DNA from: a virus
Lineage: Duplodnaviria; Caudoviricetes
IMG/VR virus record: IMGVR_UViG_3300036802_000003
Coordinates: 64,001-128,000 of that record
Reading direction: 5' to 3' (one strand)
DNA: 64,000 nt
The stretch's first letter is position 1. Each line of letters opens with the position of its first letter. Position numbers and translations under genes: made by a program. Below the pieces are notes generated by a model. It ran no database searches. It worked only from the letters and a program-made list of their open reading frames with translations, and had not been told where the DNA came from. Shown here piece after piece: positions 19,709-27,837 of the stretch.

Positions 19709-19712
19709 ATAT

Positions 19713-20111
19713 ATGTTGAGTAAGAAGATGACACCGGTAGCGTACCTATATAGTGAGCGTGCTACAGCTACAGAGGTAGCAGAGTTTGTAAAGCGTGCTA
19801 TGGGTATAGGGCTAACTAAGTTTGTAGAGGATGGGGAGCAGTTTAACCTATTAGCGCTACCTGAGGAGTACCCAGATGACTGGGTAGAAGACCTTATAAA
19901 TGTAGTAATACCTACAGGAGCTATGCTACAAGAAGCAGTATGGCAGGGTAAGGATATCCCTGGTAAGACTCTATATGAGCACTATAGTGTGTGGGAAGTT
20001 AATAAGGTAGAGCGTAAGGGCGATGATAATAGAGCTATTATACGTAAGCAGAACGATAAGGATATCTACCTATTGTTCATAGACAACCCTTATGTGAGAA
20101 ACCCTAGATAG
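19713..20111 (+). CDS. early hypothetical protein
   Basis: RBS from leader copy 3. Confidence 0.8.
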   Translation: MLSKKMTPVAYLYSERATATEVAEFVKRAMGIGLTKFVEDGEQFNLLALPEEYPDDWVEDLINVVIPTGAMLQEAVWQGKDIPGKTLYEHYSVWEVNKVERKGDDNRAIIRKQNDKDIYLLFIDNPYVRNPR

Positions 20112-20124
20112 TCTAGGGTAGGGG

Positions 20125-20160
20125 AACGTCCTTGATGTTTCCCCTGCTCCATGGTATAAT
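20125..20160 (+). promoter_or_regulatory. early promoter, AACGTCC-TTGA class
   Basis: AACGTCC TTGATG-17nt-TATAAT with TG extension. Confidence 0.9.
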
Positions 20161-20211
20161 TTTTTCAAGAGGAGCAGGGGTGCTCCTACTAGAGGCTAGG
20201 AGGAGATAGTA

Positions 20212-20517
20212 ATGATAAAGGTAACATATAAATCGAATGTAGACTGTAATACTAAGGTGGCTATCATAGATGTAGATAAGGAGCAGGTAGTAAAGGATAC
20301 CTCTAACGACGGTACTAAGCTAGTAGATGTATCGGAAGATATGATCTGTACATTCGGTGTTATAGCCGATGGTAGGGACTATACTAGTTGGGGTACTGTG
20401 TACCACCTACTTATGAATAGCCTAGACGTTCCATATAAGGAGACACTAGGGCTAAACATAGAGGGTATCGAAGGCGTACCTATCCTAAAGCTAGAGCTAG
20501 CAGAGGAGGCAGAGTAG
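20212..20517 (+). CDS. early hypothetical protein
   Basis: AGGAGG RBS. Confidence 0.8.
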   Translation: MIKVTYKSNVDCNTKVAIIDVDKEQVVKDTSNDGTKLVDVSEDMICTFGVIADGRDYTSWGTVYHLLMNSLDVPYKETLGLNIEGIEGVPILKLELAEEAE

Positions 20518-20742
20518 TATGCACGAGTGTACCTACTGTGGGGTGTCTAGCCCCTCCCTATCATGGGATAGAGCTACTGCGGATGAGTTCCTAGGTGAGG
20601 GATACAGCATGGATATGATAGGTAGCATCAGTAAGCAGGAGGTAGATACTATCCACATATGTCCAAGTTGTAAAGCAGATACTATTATTAAATAGAGCTA
20701 GGGGCATAGCCCCTAGTACTTACATATAAGGGAGAGGTTAAT

Positions 20743-21039
20743 ATGAACGAACTAGGTAACGCAGAGGCACACATCACTATAGAGGTAAAGCCAGGTAGCG
20801 AGTGGGATATACACCCTACATTTACAAATGGTCTACAAGACCTAGAGCCAGGTGGGGTAGTAGTAGACCATATGGCTAGATATAGAGAGGTACCAGAGGA
20901 CTATCAAGCTCTATTTACTGAGCAGGCATATACTCATCCTAAGGACAGTGTATGGGTGGCATATAAGTACTGGGATGATAACTCTACACTATACTACCTG
21001 CCTACTAAAGTTTTCTTAGGAGCAGTAACTCACAAATAG
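20743..21039 (+). CDS. early protein, paralog of 19320-19640
   Basis: Shared motifs; RBS. Confidence 0.8.
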   Translation: MNELGNAEAHITIEVKPGSEWDIHPTFTNGLQDLEPGGVVVDHMARYREVPEDYQALFTEQAYTHPKDSVWVAYKYWDDNSTLYYLPTKVFLGAVTHK

Positions 21040-21043
21040 ATAT

Positions 21044-21106
21044 TGCTAGGTAGCCTTGTACGCAGGGCTACTCCTGGAATACCTATACTCACAGATAAAA
21101 GGAGAG
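21044..21106 (+). promoter_or_regulatory. repeated structured intercistronic leader, degenerate copy 4
   Basis: TGCTAG-GTAGCCTTG/CAGGGCTAC-TCCTGGAA...AGATAAAAGGAG. Confidence 0.55.
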
Positions 21107-21114
21107 AGTTGACT

Positions 21115-21345
21115 ATGATAAACCTATATGGAACAGTAACACCAGAGGTAAAGGAATGGATAGCAAAGGAGATACGTGGTAATATAGAGGGTACTAGTGC
21201 ATGGCTAGTAGGTAAGGGTAAAGACCCTATCAAGTATACGGAAGAGGATATTGAATGCCTAGTAATAGACTTCCTAAATGGGGTACATGAACAGGTTACT
21301 ATTGATATGGCTAGTAGATTCGAGATAGAGGGGGACTTACTATAA
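21115..21345 (+). CDS. early hypothetical protein
   Basis: RBS before ATG 21115; resembles 21345-21563. Confidence 0.75.
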   Translation: MINLYGTVTPEVKEWIAKEIRGNIEGTSAWLVGKGKDPIKYTEEDIECLVIDFLNGVHEQVTIDMASRFEIEGDLL

Positions 21346-21563
21346 TGGGTACTATTACAGATGAGCAGGTATTAGAATGGCTAAAGGAAAAGGTAGTAGC
21401 AGAGGCTAAGAACTGTAGGGAGCAGGGCTTCCATGTACCTAGTATGACACAGTATGATGTGGATAGGGCTGCTAGTAACTTATTAGAGGATATAGACCAA
21501 CACTTGGTAGCTAAGGCTATAGAGGACGCACTAGGTATAGACATGAATAACCCAGACTACTAG
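21345..21563 (+). CDS. early hypothetical protein
   Basis: TAATG coupling. Confidence 0.75.
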   Translation: MGTITDEQVLEWLKEKVVAEAKNCREQGFHVPSMTQYDVDRAASNLLEDIDQHLVAKAIEDALGIDMNNPDY

Positions 21564-21572
21564 ATAATATAC

Positions 21573-21606
21573 ACCCTATATACACAAACGTATATAGGGT
21601 TTTCTT
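21573..21606 (+). terminator. rho-independent terminator
   Basis: ACCCTATATAC/GTATATAGGGT stem then T-tract. Confidence 0.75.
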
Positions 21607-21612
21607 ATGCTC

Positions 21613-21670
21613 GTTTCTATGAGAGGTACCTACAAATGCACTTCCTATTAAAGCAACTCGGTTCGCTCAT
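21613..21670 (+). repeat. dispersed orientation-fixed element, copy 3 of 5
   Basis: TTTCTATGAGAGGTACCTACAAATGCACTTCCTATTAAAGCAA. Confidence 0.6.
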
Positions 21671-21842
21671 CAGAATCTCCTCCCACCATTCAATCCCCTC
21701 CACCAACCTTTCGCTCTACAAAAAGTTCTAACACTCACCTACTCGAATTTCTCCTGCTTCAATCTTCTGACCCTTTCTCCTTTCTGGTGGATCCACTTAC
21801 AGAGTTGATATAGCACTCACATAGGAGCAGAGGAGGGCATAG

Positions 21843-21871
21843 AAAAAGGGAGTACCAATTGGTACTCCCTT
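21843..21871 (-). terminator. terminator of leftward early operon
   Basis: AAAAAGGGAGTACCAATTGGTACTCCCTT perfect inverted repeat, T-tract on minus strand. Confidence 0.8.
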
Positions 21872-21879
21872 ACACTCAC

Positions 21880-22185
21880 TTACATAGGGGACACTATAGC
21901 TATAGGAGGCAGTGTCTCTACTTCAAATCCACGCTCCGTATACCACTCAGTAGTGGCACTTATCCACTCACTCATACTTGTCTCTACGTCATCTATCTCT
22001 TCATCTAGAGGGTCTAACCCACGCACTCGATACATGATAGCCTTAACATCTGGGTAGTCAACCTCAGGTATCTCACCCTCACCACTCACTAGCAGTAAAG
22101 ATACATACTCACTCTCACGTATGAAGTCACCTGCATCTAAATCATAATATCCAAATGGCTCAACTGCTACTACTAACTTACTCAT
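21880..22185 (-). CDS. acidic early protein
   Basis: GAGGAGTGG RBS of leader copy 5. Confidence 0.8.
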   Translation of the reverse strand: MSKLVVAVEPFGYYDLDAGDFIRESEYVSLLLVSGEGEIPEVDYPDVKAIMYRVRGLDPLDEEIDDVETSMSEWISATTEWYTERGFEVETLPPIAIVSPM

Positions 22186-22189
22186 ACTT

Positions 22190-22255
22190 ACCACTCCTCT
22201 TATCTAGGTAACCAATAGGTTCCATGATACCCCCTCCGTAGAGGGAGTACTAGCA
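22190..22255 (-). promoter_or_regulatory. repeated structured intercistronic leader, copy 5
   Basis: Minus strand: TGCTAG-hairpin-TGG AACC/GGTT A CCTAG ATAAGAGGAGTGGT. Confidence 0.75.
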
Positions 22256-22257
22256 AC

Positions 22258-22668
22258 TTACTGAATCTTACCAGCCGCACGTAGTGCCATAATAGTACGC
22301 ATTCTCATAATCTGCTCGCTATCAGTAAACTCTACTGCTATATCGTTATCTAAGCAGAGTGTCATAAGAGCCTCCATAGTATAGTCTGCATATTTAGCTT
22401 TCTTCTTAGTAGATGGCTCCTTAGGATAGTGGAAGTATAGGATAGCCATACATACTCTCATTCTATGAATTTGTTCGTTATCATTAGGTGTGAATACTAA
22501 TCCTTCTACTTGACACCAATCCTCTAGGATAGACACATCCAGTTGCTTATAGAATTTTTGTAGCCATTTCTTATCCTCGAAGATACCTACCTCAGGATAT
22601 CCATTATTACTAGTAATCCATTCCATAGCGTCTACCTTACCGTTGATGATATTCTCTTTTTTACTCAT
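22258..22668 (-). CDS. early protein with two helical repeats (paralog of 16633 and 24095 genes)
   Basis: YPEVG, KFYKQL, EGL, RMRVCMAI, KKKAKY, RMRTIMALR. Confidence 0.9.
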   Translation of the reverse strand: MSKKENIINGKVDAMEWITSNNGYPEVGIFEDKKWLQKFYKQLDVSILEDWCQVEGLVFTPNDNEQIHRMRVCMAILYFHYPKEPSTKKKAKYADYTMEALMTLCLDNDIAVEFTDSEQIMRMRTIMALRAAGKIQ

Positions 22669-22737
22669 ATCATATTCCTCCTATGCCTCTGTGGGCTGGT
22701 CTTGTAGGAGTCGGTGTGACCCGCTCCCCTTGAATAA

Positions 22738-22773
22738 ATTATATCACGGGTGTGCCGATAACTCAAGGACGTT
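22738..22773 (-). promoter_or_regulatory. early promoter, AACGTCC-TTGA class
   Basis: Minus strand AACGTCC TTGAGT-17nt-TATAAT. Confidence 0.9.
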
Positions 22774-22812
22774 TACTCGTATAGGATGGGGCATACACCT
22801 AGCCCTGTTGGG

Positions 22813-22872
22813 CTTTCTATGGGGGTTACCTACAAACTCCTTTCAAATAAAGCAATCGGAGTTCGCTTATCA
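22813..22872 (+). repeat. dispersed orientation-fixed element, copy 4 of 5
   Basis: TTTCTATGGGGGTTACCTACAAACTCCTTTCAAATAAAGCAA. Confidence 0.6.
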
Positions 22873-23153
22873 ATTACTTTCTCCCCACCAATATACCCAA
22901 CAACAACCCTTCGCTCATATATCTTTTGTATGTGAATTTCTCTCTTCTCTCTCTTTCATATACAAATGGTTCTGACTGATTTTGAAGCAGAAAACTGACA
23001 CAGAACAACACACCAAACACAATTTTTGAGCTACAACTTTTGTACCCAAATTTCTTGTTGAAACCGTTTTGAACCCTTTTGCCCTTCCACTCACAAAGAT
23101 GCGAAAACGGGCTAAAAGATGCCCTACACCCACAAACGCACAAAAATAGACAC

Positions 23154-23309
23154 CTACTTACTGTAGGTGTCTTGATACGCTTCTAACTGCTTCTCTACTC
23201 CAGGGTGTGTCCACGTCACTGCTGTATACACAAGGTTACAAGCTAGGTAAAGGAGCGTACACGCTCCTGTTACCACTAGCACTCGCTTAATCGTTCTAAC
23301 AGTCTTCAC
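23154..23309 (-). CDS. small single-TM membrane protein
   Basis: GGAGGTG RBS before GTG 23309; basic N-terminus then hydrophobic stretch. Confidence 0.65.
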   Translation of the reverse strand: MKTVRTIKRVLVVTGACTLLYLACNLVYTAVTWTHPGVEKQLEAYQDTYSK

Positions 23310-23441
23310 TAGGCTCACCTCCGTTACAGTCGTCACAGATGTCCATAGGGTCATCATACGCTGGGTCATTAGGGCACTGCTTCTGGAACATCTTACCACA
23401 CAGGTCACACGTTACACTCTCTAGATAGTACTTTACGTTAC

Positions 23442-23762
23442 TCACAGGATTCCACCTCCGATACTCACGATACCCTTACGAGCGTACCTCATCAGGTACT
23501 CTAGGTTGTTCCTAGCACTCTGCTCACTCACTACTCCAGTACTCATCAACGGTACTACACTGCCCACTAACGAGTCGTTCACTGCTACGATAGAGGCACA
23601 GAACTCATCCTCCTGCACTTGGTCTAGGATAACCACCCAGATAGACTCAGTACCTTCATACTCACGAGCATCACTGCCCACCATACGGAAGTAGTGCATC
23701 TCACTAGGTGAATTCTCCTCCAGAATAACCCACTCAGGGACGTACGTTTTAGTTTTACCCAT
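23442..23762 (-). CDS. early hypothetical protein
   Basis: RBS of leader copy 6. Confidence 0.8.
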   Translation of the reverse strand: MGKTKTYVPEWVILEENSPSEMHYFRMVGSDAREYEGTESIWVVILDQVQEDEFCASIVAVNDSLVGSVVPLMSTGVVSEQSARNNLEYLMRYARKGIVSIGGGIL

Positions 23763-23766
23763 ACTA

Positions 23767-23834
23767 ACCACTCCTTTTCACTAGGTAGCTAAGTAGCTCC
23801 AGGGCACCCACCCCCGTAGGGGTGAGCACTAGCA
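23767..23834 (-). promoter_or_regulatory. repeated structured intercistronic leader, copy 6
   Basis: Minus strand: TGCTAG-hairpin-TGG AGCT/AGCT A CCTAG TGAAAAGGAGTGGT. Confidence 0.75.
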
Positions 23835-23839
23835 GATAC

Positions 23840-24019
23840 TTACCCCACTAGGGACGCTACTAACTCAACGTCCTCGTAGTCCACTGACAGGGCAATCTTA
23901 GACCCATCAGTACACTCAATGATGATACCGTTCCACTCACCTTCACCGTCCCAGTTCTCACTCACGGTACTCACAGTCTTACCCTCTAAGGACTTCACAA
24001 GACTCCAAAACTTACTCAC
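23840..24019 (-). CDS. small early hypothetical protein
   Basis: RBS of leader copy 7; GTG start. Confidence 0.75.
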   Translation of the reverse strand: MSKFWSLVKSLEGKTVSTVSENWDGEGEWNGIIIECTDGSKIALSVDYEDVELVASLVG

Positions 24020-24022
24020 ACT

Positions 24023-24091
24023 AACCACTCCTTTTGTCTAGGTAGCTTACACAAGCTCCATGGGATACCCCCCGTAGGGGGTAGCCTAGCA
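24023..24091 (-). promoter_or_regulatory. repeated structured intercistronic leader, copy 7
   Basis: Minus strand: TGCTAG-hairpin-TGG AGCTT/AAGCT A CCTAG ACAAAAGGAGTGGT. Confidence 0.75.
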
Positions 24092-24094
24092 ACC

Positions 24095-24496
24095 CTAAGC
24101 TTTCTCGATGTGACCTGCTGCACGTAGCGCCATGATAGTTCGCATACGCATAATCTGTTCAGACTCTGTGTACTCCACCGCCACGTCGTTGTCTAGGCAC
24201 ATCTGCATAAGCTGTTCCATAGTGTAGTCTGCGTACTTAGCTTTTTTCTTAGCGGAAGGCTCCTTAGGGAAGTGTAGGTACAGGATAGCCATACACATCC
24301 GCATACGGTTGATAGCCTCAGAATCCTCACAAGGTTTGAACTCTAGTCCTTCGATACCAATCCAGTCACCTAGAGTTACATCATCAAGTTGTTTGTAGAA
24401 CTTCTGTAGGTCTTTTTTCTCTGTGAAGTGCCCTACCTCTGGAAAACCGTTTTCCTCTACGTGCTTCACTGCGTCTACCTTTTTCGCTTTAGCCAT
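24095..24496 (-). CDS. early protein with two helical repeats (paralog of 16633 and 22258 genes)
   Basis: Near-identical C-half to 22258-22668. Confidence 0.9.
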   Translation of the reverse strand: MAKAKKVDAVKHVEENGFPEVGHFTEKKDLQKFYKQLDDVTLGDWIGIEGLEFKPCEDSEAINRMRMCMAILYLHFPKEPSAKKKAKYADYTMEQLMQMCLDNDVAVEYTESEQIMRMRTIMALRAAGHIEKA

Positions 24497-24593
24497 AATC
24501 AATCAATCTCCTTTTCGCTCTTGAGTTTTTTGTGTAGGTCGTGGGTACCGTCCGTGTGTTGCTCTGGTGTGGTGCCCTCTTCCTCTTGAACTA

Positions 24594-24629
24594 AGTTTAC
24601 CACGAAACGGAGGTAAAGTCAAGGACGTT
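24594..24629 (-). promoter_or_regulatory. early promoter, AACGTCC-TTGA class
   Basis: Minus strand AACGTCC TTGACT-17nt-TAAACT with TG extension. Confidence 0.85.
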
Positions 24630-24667
24630 TCCCTACTTAGAGTGGGGGTATATCCCTAGCCCTAGGC

Positions 24668-24730
24668 GTTTCTATGGGGTCTAGGTAGAAACTTGCTTCA
24701 TATAAAGAAGAGCGAGGTATCGCTTCACCA
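24668..24730 (+). repeat. dispersed orientation-fixed element, copy 5 of 5
   Basis: TTTCTATGGGGTCTAGGTAGAAACTTGCTTCATATAAAG. Confidence 0.6.
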
Positions 24731-24822
24731 CCAGTTCCCCCACCACAACCCTTATCTTTAATATAAATATAATATAATGTTCTAATATCCTCTTTCTTCT
24801 ATATAATTTCCTTTTAGTATAC

Positions 24823-25002
24823 TAATAATACGATATATGCATATTACACACTTAATATATACACAAAACACAATATACTAAAACACATACTCTTAATAAG
24901 CGAATAATACGATATATACGGGCTATAACACTAAATCACAATAACACGATATCCTTGGGGCAGGACATTACTTGCAATATACGAATAATACGATATACAC
25001 GG
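24823..25002 (+). repeat. three direct repeats AATAATACGATATA
   Basis: Copies near 24825, 24903 and 24984 in an AT-rich gap. Confidence 0.7.
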
Positions 25003-25666
25003 ACTGTAGACATCGAGCATTTGCGTGGCGCAGGACAGGGCTTAGGGCGTACCTGATACAGCAGAGGCAGCGCTATAGTGCCTAAGCGTTCCAGCAGTCC
25101 GTGGGGCAGCACTAAGACGCTAGGCGTCCCCAGAATCCTTGGGGCAGTCTTAGATAGTAATCGACGTTCGTTATCACTTACTCTCTTCACCACCAATTAC
25201 CCCACCACCAACCTTTCGTACTAAATAGATATTATAAACTCTACTCTCTTATAACTTTCATCTGCTAACTATGTTCATCTTCCTTCCTCTTTTTCTTTTT
25301 GTGCCTTCAACTCCTACAACTATCAACTGTACACATTTTGTTACTGTATGTTTTCTCTCTTCTTCGTCTATGGTCTCGTTTTGACTGTACGTGGTATATG
25401 CCTCCGCATTTAAATTTTTTATTAAAGCTTAAAGATATAAATACTTAAAAGAGTCTTTTAATATACTCTTTTTTAAATTAAAAAATAAATACTTAAAAGC
25501 TTTAAATTACGTACGAAGTACGTAACTAAAAAGCGATAGCGACCATAGGAACGTCCCACCTGCAAGGAGTAGATTATAGGATGGTGGGTCATCCTCTACC
25601 AGTTTCGTAGGAAGGAGAAGATTTGGGACTTGTTCCCTTCTTTTAGTGCAAAGGGAGGTTGTGAGC

Positions 25667-26797
25667 ATGGGAGTGTTCAGTAACGAATTAATACAGAAAT
25701 TGAGAAACAAATACCTAGAAATCTGTAGCCATAAGGAGTTGTTGAAAGATATAAGTGGTGTATCAGAATTCAAAGAGTCAGAGCAAGCTATTAAATGGGA
25801 GCTAACTAAAGCCAAGGAAGATATGGGTACCTTGATGGATAAAGCTCTTAAGACTATGAAGTTAGCCAGTAACGTAGAGAGATTGTGGGATGACTGGTAT
25901 GTAGTACGTCATGTTAGACCAGGTGGTGAAACTGCTTTAGAGCTAAAGTGCCTAATACCTGGAGAAACTCCAAAGCTTCGTAGGGATGGTAGGAATGATA
26001 GAGAGTTAAGTAGAGCTGACTTAGACTTCTTCCTTCCAGCAATGGAGAATACCTTCAGTAAGCATTTATGGCAAGATGAGGTAAAGCTAGAGGTTGCTAA
26101 GTTGTACCCAATCTATGCTATAGAGAAGCCTAAGGTTGAAGTAGCTGACCAAGTGGTGATTAAACCTTTACCTAAGATAACAGTAGCTGAGGTCAATGGA
26201 GAATCCCAGATAGTAGTAGAGCCTAAGCCAGATAACAGCGTAACAGTACATGCTGGTGGTAGGTTCGTTCAACGTAAGTTGATGCTACATGTTAGCTCTT
26301 TAGATAAGGCTCAGAAGCATTTCCTACACAATGTAACAGAAATCAAGCCTAAGATTCTAGAAGCATTCCATGCTCCTACTACAGAGCTATTGTTTGAAGA
26401 TGAAGAAGGTATAGCGTACTACTTTGATGCTGATAACTTTGTATACCTTTGGGGTAAAGGCGATGGTAGAATCATTACCTTCTATGAAGAGGACTTTGGC
26501 TTTGCCAAGCATATCAACCGTAGCATTGTAATGCAACAGGTAGAAGAGTTGAAGAATGCCTATGAGTACTACTGTCAGCTTCAGGTAGAGAACGCTAATG
26601 AGCATGAGAATGCTAAATCATCCCTAGACTTGATAGCTGATGAGGAAGCGTTGCTACTAGCTAAGCTAGAAGCTCTTAGAGCACATAAGACAGAGATTAC
26701 TGCATCTCTTGACCTATCAGACAAGACTCTTGCTAGTCATAAGAAGGAATATGAAGCTGAACGTAATAAGCTATTCCGTAAATCCAAAACGAACTAG
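25667..26797 (+). CDS. hypothetical protein with C-terminal coiled coil
   Basis: GGGAGG RBS before ATG 25667. Confidence 0.85.
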   Translation: MGVFSNELIQKLRNKYLEICSHKELLKDISGVSEFKESEQAIKWELTKAKEDMGTLMDKALKTMKLASNVERLWDDWYVVRHVRPGGETALELKCLIPGETPKLRRDGRNDRELSRADLDFFLPAMENTFSKHLWQDEVKLEVAKLYPIYAIEKPKVEVADQVVIKPLPKITVAEVNGESQIVVEPKPDNSVTVHAGGRFVQRKLMLHVSSLDKAQKHFLHNVTEIKPKILEAFHAPTTELLFEDEEGIAYYFDADNFVYLWGKGDGRIITFYEEDFGFAKHINRSIVMQQVEELKNAYEYYCQLQVENANEHENAKSSLDLIADEEALLLAKLEALRAHKTEITASLDLSDKTLASHKKEYEAERNKLFRKSKTN

Positions 26798-26808
26798 GAG
26801 GAGATAGG

Positions 26809-27342
26809 ATGTATACATTAGAGAACTGTAAGGATTGTAGACATGAGAAGGTTTGTAAGTACATTGACGTATTCAAGAACATGAAGGATAACGGTGTACC
26901 AGTAGACTATGAAGACCCAAGCTTGTGTACTGCATTTGAACCTGATGTAGGTGATGCTGGGGTAGATGAACTCATTAAGACTATGCTCAAGACTAGCCCT
27001 AACGTACAGTTCATGTCTATGGATCAGTTTACTAAGGAAGCTAACGACAAGGTGATTCGTAGGCATGTAGGTAAGAAAGACCCAGATGAGGCTATACAAC
27101 AAATGAATGAGTATATCTTGAAGGGTATACGTGACTATCAAGTACAGGAAAAGATAGACCCTGATATGATTAAGTTCAACCCAGAGACCTTAGAGATGGT
27201 GGGACTTGAACTATCAGGTATATACTCTGTACCAGGCTTTGGTGACCTTGATGTGGAGTACGATGATGACATGGAGCTAGGTATGTTCTGGTTAGGTCAT
27301 ACTGAAGAGACTGAGGAAGACGGTGAGGAAGAAGAGTTCTAA
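26809..27342 (+). CDS. hypothetical protein, N-terminal Cys motif and acidic tail
   Basis: CKDCRHEKVC. Confidence 0.8.
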   Translation: MYTLENCKDCRHEKVCKYIDVFKNMKDNGVPVDYEDPSLCTAFEPDVGDAGVDELIKTMLKTSPNVQFMSMDQFTKEANDKVIRRHVGKKDPDEAIQQMNEYILKGIRDYQVQEKIDPDMIKFNPETLEMVGLELSGIYSVPGFGDLDVEYDDDMELGMFWLGHTEETEEDGEEEEF

Positions 27343-27360
27343 TAGAATAGTTGGTATAAC

Positions 27361-27390
27361 AGGCGTGTATCATTGATACACGTCTTTTTT
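27361..27390 (+). terminator. rho-independent terminator
   Basis: AGGCGTGTATC/GATACACGTCT then T-tract. Confidence 0.75.
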
Positions 27391-27418
27391 GTATTTTTTC
27401 AAAGAAAGGAGGGATACC

Positions 27419-27808
27419 ATGAAACGTCCAACACTGGTATCAAGCTTATCTGCGTCATTCCGAAAAGCTACCCTACCTGAGAATGCGGAGGAAGCTAAGT
27501 TAGAGCATAGGGCAACGGTCAGAAACCTGATTGATACCTATTTTGAAGACTTAGCCCAAAACAAGGTAGAGGGCATTAGGAATGCTAAGGAGCTTGCTGA
27601 GATTATTAAGCTAGACTTACTTCTTATGGGTGATGTAACTGAGCGTACTGAACAGCTTAGTGAACTGGATGAAGTGAAAATCAATAAGGTGGCTGAGCTT
27701 ATTGATATGGATGACCCTCATATTAGTGACTTACTTGCTAATATGATGAAGGAGCTTAACAAGGCTAATGACGATGCTGATATGTCTGTAGCTAAGAAGG
27801 GGGTGTAG
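27419..27808 (+). CDS. putative terminase small subunit
   Basis: Helical 129-aa gene directly upstream of TerL; assignment positional. Confidence 0.55.
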   Translation: MKRPTLVSSLSASFRKATLPENAEEAKLEHRATVRNLIDTYFEDLAQNKVEGIRNAKELAEIIKLDLLLMGDVTERTEQLSELDEVKINKVAELIDMDDPHISDLLANMMKELNKANDDADMSVAKKGV

Positions 27809-27837
27809 CCCCCTTTATCTATTAAGGAGGGAGAAAG

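Noticed and set aside
17456-24091. Repeated leader as a CRISPR array or a hammerhead ribozyme
   Set aside because: Copies are separated by whole genes, no cas genes are present, and the hammerhead core (CUGANGA/GAAA) is absent.
22643-25815. ORFs in the early-region gaps (22643-22975, 22874-23143, 24936-25196, 25507-25815)
   Set aside because: They cross promoters, repeats or structured non-coding elements and lack RBS support.
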